From Phallusia mammillata (taxonomy: Eukaryota): DNA of 64,000 nt. This document shows positions 58,510-64,000 of this stretch, in pieces. The position numbers and the translations under genes are program-made. A model generated the notes under the pieces. The model did no database searches. It was not told the DNA's origin and saw only the letters and a list, made by a program, of their open reading frames with translations. Location: positions 4,712,001 to 4,776,000 of the forward strand of contig OZ281495.1 in assembly GCA_965637545.1 (NCBI GenBank), read 5' to 3'. Numbering within the stretch: the stretch's first letter is position 1; each line of letters opens with the position of its first letter.

Positions 58510-61500
58510 CTAGCACAGAAGTAACTGTTTTAAATTTTCTTGTTCCTGCATTGAAAATCTGATAGAAACGAGATACTGAGGAACAGATCCGTATTTTTCA
58601 TCGACGTAATTTAATAGTTGCGTCATAACGTGACGTGGAGCTCCTTTCATATTATCAGCATATCGAGTCAGTTCTTTGTGATCAGAACCAAAGGCAGTCT
58701 GGAAATGAGATAAGTTACAGATTATTAAAAAAAAAAAAAAAATCAGTCACTAAATGATTTGATATTGTACAACAAAACCCCACATAATGATAAGATTAGG
58801 AGCCTTAGTGTTTTATTTTATGGCGCAAAATGCCATAATGATTTCTAGTGCAGGATTGCCCAATTGGCCAGACAGTTGCTCTCTAGATTTATCGCAAAAA
58901 GGCGCATATTAAATAGTAGGTGTAGCAAATTTTGTGTTACAGGTTTGTTTGGAGCAGGGGCGTCAAACACAAACCACTTTGAGGCCAAAAACAAACTTTT
59001 AAGTAAGTCGAAGGCCGCATGATTAGAAAGTTAAATGTACATTAATGCCGTTACCTAGATTAAAAAAACGAGTAAAACACATAACTTCTAAAAGTTACTC
59101 CACGGACCGCGCATAAACTCTTGGTGGGACTCATGCGGCCCGCAGGCCGTGTTTTTGACACCCCCGATTTAGAGACACCCCTGTTTACAAAATTAAAATA
59201 AACCAAAAGTTTCAATAGATAATGTTACCTCAGTTAAGTTGTAATCATCGACTATAATCTTTTGATCAAACCCGCACATCGCAAGAAGCAAAGCTGAGAT
59301 AATTCCAGTCCTATCTTTTCCAGCATGACAACATACTATAGCTGGCAGGTTCTCCTTGTTATTGAGAAGTTGAAACGTGGATCTGATTGAGACGCCACAG
59401 AAATCAACAATCATCTAATAGAAATCAAACATTATATAGTATTAGAGCAAAAAAATCCCAATTCAGCCATTTTAGTTTTAGCTCAGAGGTGTGAGCTTAT
59501 TTTTAATGTAGCAAATTAGTCATAAAGTATAGCAACGCTTTTTGTAATAAAGCAAAACCAGTGGTGGGATTCGGCCGGTTCGCATCAGTTCTACAGAACC
59601 GTCTCACGAAATTTTATAAGATCAGCGAACCGGTTAGCATTACTGGTTAGTGTTAATGGACTTTTTGTAACAGGACCGGCTGGAAAATATGACTTTTGTG
59701 ATAGAACCGGCTGACAAAAAATTTGAATCCCCACACTGAGCAAAATACACGAAATTTTAGAAAACCAGCAAGTTGAGGTAAAACCAGTAATTCCTTACGT
59801 TCAAACTTAGCATATTTGTAGCTGTTGTTATGACAAGCTTCTTTCTTACCTTGTAGAAACTCAACATTCCTTTAGTTTGCATCAAATACGAAGCATATTT
59901 CCACACTCCAGCAGTTCCGACAAAATTCGTGAAAAACCAAAGTACCAAGATTTTCATTTGCTGTGAAAAAAATATTTATTATTTTGCTGTTACCAGGAAT
60001 TTAGGTCATAAGTCGAATATGTACACTCGCGAAAATCGAAACAAAACTATAAAAAAAAAACTGTATGCACACCAATACACACTAAATGTGCTGCAAAAGG
60101 TGGCACTATGTCCAATCAAAAACGACCTAAACGAAAGGAGAATTGTTCAACCATAATTCCGCAGGGGTAAATAACCACGTAAATTACGGTTTCGTGGCCA
60201 CTTCGTGACATATAAAAGCAGGGCAATTTTCATTATCTTACATTTTCACAAAAACCGCGAATAGTTGTGCTAAGGGAAAAAAATTGGATGTACCTTCAAG
60301 TCAGTGGTTCTCAAACTGTGGTCTGCGTACCACTAGTAGTACGCCGGAACTTTTTAAGTGGTACGCGAGTAGCTTTCTGCCATACCTAATTTAAGTCCGA
60401 TCAAAAATTGCAACTCAACTGATCAACCCTCAGCACTCGTTTGGGCGAAACTCGTGTTTTGGACATTCTTTGAAATTGCAAAATATGCTAGCCAGGTTGA
60501 GAAAACGGGCCTATTTCTTGGTCTATCTAATCAAACAGGGTTTAGGTTTAGGTGGATATACGCAGCGATAGAAAAAGTTGTCAGGTGGTACGCGATCTGT
60601 ATAAGTTTGAAAACCACTGCCTTAAGTAGTAGGGAACTCTGGTCTGGGGTACAAGGTAGGGGCACCAATCCCATCTGGGGAACAATAATAAAAAACATCA
60701 CCAGTTTGCAGTATCACACGCAGAAAAGCACCTGGAATATATTTAACGTCCCGCTGTAGAAAAGTTTCTCAACAAATTGTTTCTCGAAGAAGTTGACCAT
60801 CACGTGTTGAATGACGTCACGTCTTTTGCTTTGCTTCGTCCACATGAGAATAGTGGAAAGGGTCTTCTCCATTTTGTAAATATCCAGTACTCCAACGTCT
60901 GTAAAGATACATTTGTTTTTCTGTATTCAATATTTAAGTTATACCCAATTGCAACGAATTGGGTAATTACAAGATAGCGAGATTGTTGGAGTCATTTACA
61001 ATATAGGACAGTATATAAACTGTTGCTGGCGTGATATATGTACTTAATAATTCTCTCGTGGCAAGTTTAATCATGATTCGCGAAGGCTGCATAGTTTACA
61101 AGCCCCCACTTGTTCCAAACCTGCCCCGCGAGTCGATATTTATCGTACCGCTAAGAGATGGCATTTCCACAATTCTGTTTAGTTTGGCGGTTCACTTGTT
61201 AAACTGTAAAGTTTGTCTCATTTTACGAGCAATGCTTCTATGTTACTTCCGAAGTAGCAAAAGAAGGCAATTTTTCGCGCACAATTAAGTCTTGACTGTG
61301 ACGTAATAAACTGACTTTTGGCCAATCCTGGACGTTGTAATCCTATGTAACTTGGTTATATTAATTCTACATGTCGTTGCAGGAAAACGTTCGTTAAAAG
61401 AAAATAATTTTCGAATGTTACAAAGTTATCAATACGATTTGGCAAACCAAGAAATACGGCTGTGGGCCGGATAAAATGACCTCAAAGGCCGCAGACATAT

Positions 61501-63645
61501 GAAGAATTTTCACCTATAACTCGTACTTTTACTACAGTTTCCGTTGTGACCGTACAAAGGTGTGGCCTATCAAATGTATTGTGCCACATCCAATAGATTT
61601 AACTGGCCTGTAAAATTATATGAACACTCTAGTTTGTTTTGCTTTGAATCGGTTAATAGGCAGACATGACCTCGAGGGCCGGATCCTGCCCGTGGGCCGT
61701 ACTTTGGTGAGCCCTGTGCTAGATAATGGGATTAACGAAATTTCGCTTGGTGAACGAAAACAAAAGCGACACAATTGCACTAAAACAATCACCAAGCCGG
61801 AAATAGCTGACCAACCAAAACTCATAGTAAAAAAATGCGGGTGTAGAGCACAATTTGTGGATAAATGCTACAGCTACTAACACAGGAACTCACAGACAGG
61901 CCTGCTAATTTCCAAAAGGTGGCGCAAGAGAATATAGGCCTTTACCATTGCAATAATTGCTGACTCACCAAACTCATGACTTCTAAAAGCCTATGCTCCG
62001 TTGCGTCACGTTTTGGAAATTAGCAGGCCTGTCTGTGAGTTCCTGTGTTAGTAGATTTTCCGAAAGCTAAGCGCACTGCAGCTACACCGTTATCATAATG
62101 TGTTATGTGATTTAAAAGAAAGTAAGATTGGCGCATTGAGGTAAGAAGTCAGCGTGGCAGCGCTGCACGACTAAAACATCAATTCTCCGATGTAAATAGC
62201 TTTATTGGCACAAAAACCTATTTGTCGTGATGGACTAATGAAGTCCCGACAAGGCTTGTCTAAAATGGCGATTGCCAACCTTGCCTAGCTTGCAGGCCAG
62301 AAAAAATCCAAAATAGCTCTCTTACACCACAATAATTTCAAACAATTTAAACTTAAAAGTAATGTACAGCAATGATATCTCTACAATCAGGGTTGCCATA
62401 CCGTCCTTATTTCTAAGATTTGTCCTTATTTTGAAGGACTATGTCTTAGAAAAGTTCATTGTCCTTTTTTCTAAGAAATGTCCTTATTTTTGACTTGAGT
62501 CCTTCTTTTTTTTCAACAATTTCTGGTCAAATCCTTGCTACAAGTAAAAGTAAACCTAGACCTGAGAAGTAGTGAGATGTACAAAGTATTTTCTACGAAC
62601 AAGAAGTTGCTGGAAGAGATTGTTTCTGGCCAAAATATTGCATATCATATGTCACGGCTCGTATAAATGCAAAGATTTGTTCAAGAACGCGTTTGTTTTG
62701 TTTCGTATGAAAATTTAATTTTTCGGTTGTCCTTATTTTTGGTGTTAAGTCGATGGCAACCCATGACTACAGTCTACACTACTGAAACTCAGCCTAAACA
62801 TTCTGCAACAACAATCCCGGTTTATAACGTCATATGCATCAAATCACATCAAAATTTAAATGTCTGACAACCAATCCAAGATCTTTATTAGTTTGGGTGT
62901 TCAATTCTGAACTTATTGCAGCTTAAAAATCGTTTAAATAAGGTGGAAAAACATATTTTTAGGGACCGACCAAAGTTAAAGATAACCAGGGGTAAAAGTC
63001 TTGGTTGGTCAAAATATAAATATATTTTTGTTATAACTTACCTTGGTTATTTCCATCCAGTAACTTTAATGCCCCGTTATTCTGATATTCATGATTAAAA
63101 GACCGAAAATCAATCACCGACCTGAAACCAATAAAAATGTTTTGAACATTTTTTCTGTTTTTTAGCTACATAGGCTACACTTAAAAAATGATTTTTTTAG
63201 CTATATACACTTGTTTTTTTAGCTACATCTATTTTACATTTGTTTTTCCACTTTTGATTATTAATACTATCATTTTGCTCAACGAAGCAAAAAAGCCCGA
63301 AATACAAACACGCCGAGCAATTTGTAATATTAACCGTTACTTTTAATGACTTTTACCGTTTAATGATATGAAACAATCTTCCTTACAAAGCCTTAGCGCA
63401 GTACATATTATATAAGTATTGTACAAAAGTGTGTAACTGTTACAGACCATAAGCGAAATGACTGCAAATGCTTACTTAATGCCAAGTGTTTTACTCAGTA
63501 AATCCAAATCCCCTTGGGTGGCATTGTCCAATCTTCCACTTCTATAAACTCGAATCTTTTCAGCTTTGTTTTCTACATTCTCGGACCTAATCTCTGAAAA
63601 CAGAAGCCCTCCAATCGGTCGAAAATTATGCATTGCAGTGTACAT
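58510..63645 (-). CDS. Cys-based protein tyrosine/dual-specificity phosphatase, PF13350 (MptpB/IphP-like), paralog B (~300 aa)
   Basis: Exons 63476-63645 (HNFRPIGG...VYRSGRLD), 63042-63121 (SVIDFR), 60732-60898, 59850-59960, 59229-59414 (CCHAGKDRTG...DDYNLTE), 58510-58698 (YVDEKYGSVPQYL). All GT-AG and in frame; same intron positions as paralog A. Confidence 0.9.
58955..59166. mobile_element. hAT-type MITE
   Basis: TIRs CAGGGGCGTCAAAC / TTTTGACACCCCCG; TSD gtttggag / atttagag (6/8). Confidence 0.75.
59559..59738. mobile_element. hAT-type MITE
   Basis: TIRs CAGTGGTGGGATTC / GAATCCCCACACTG; TSD agcaaaac / agcaaaat; second copy at 31584. Confidence 0.88.
60302..60619. mobile_element. hAT-type MITE
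   Basis: TIRs CAGTGGTTCTCAAAC / GTTTGAAAACCACTG; TSD cttcaagt / ccttaagt (6/8). Confidence 0.8.
61436..61716. mobile_element. Degenerate hAT-type MITE
   Basis: Right end gccgtactttggtgagccctg with ggccggatcc motifs like those in 53515; left TIR eroded. Confidence 0.5.
61877..62051. mobile_element. MITE with long perfect TIRs (possible TA TSD, Tc1/mariner-like)
   Basis: ctactaacacaggaactcacagacaggcctgctaatttccaaaa (from 61874) has a perfect reverse complement ending at 62054; TA flanks both ends of 61877-62051. Confidence 0.85.
62388..62765. mobile_element. hAT-type MITE with internal GTCCTT repeats
   Basis: TIRs CAGGGTTGCCAT / ATGGCAACCCATG; TSD tctacaat / actacagt (6/8). Confidence 0.75.
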
Positions 63646-64000
63646 GTTCAGTAATATAACAGCAACATATCACTTCTACAACTACCAAAGCTCAACTAAA
63701 CGACTTGGAACAGCTGCAGGCACGCAAAATTCCGCGAAAGAATAGACATAATTGGTAAATGCGTGACCAATTTTCAACAAACATACCAATTTCCTGAAAT
63801 CGCAACCCTAAAACACAATGCTTTAACACGATGGTGGGAAAATGTTTGTGACGTAACATGTCTGTTTCCGGTTCCTGTGTGACTGATGATTGACCTTTGG
63901 TCGCAGACATACCAGGCATTTTGTAAGTCGTACTTTTACCACAGTTTTGAACTGAATGCCCGCGCAAAGGTTTGATCTAGAAAATGTATTGTTCCACATA

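Overview
Eukaryotic, AT-rich, intron-containing DNA. The compact gene structure and chordate-like KATNAL2 suggest an ascidian or other invertebrate chordate (inference). Five spliced protein-coding genes were reconstructed by hand from splice sites and translation: (1) a small two-EF-hand Ca2+-binding protein (-, exons 1472-1603 and 975-1044, 3' end unresolved); (2) a RERG-like Ras-family GTPase (-, 7458-18918, 643 aa) with degenerate switch I/II motifs and a long Ser-rich tail; (3) KATNAL2 (+, 38440-47264, 14 exons, 551 aa); (4, 5) a tandem pair of PF13350/MptpB-like Cys-based phosphatases (-, 51876-56651 and 58510-63645). The non-coding DNA holds many non-autonomous hAT-type MITEs (many with perfect 8-bp TSDs, one nested), a probable Penelope-like GIY-YIG relic, and about ten hammerhead-ribozyme (HHR) motifs in three sequence contexts. 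These include a near-complete type I HHR (20646-20697) and palindromic elements with an outward-facing HHR on each arm. No rRNA, tRNA or CRISPR array was found. Most short ORFs in the supplied track look spurious. All alignments were done by eye; no searches were run.
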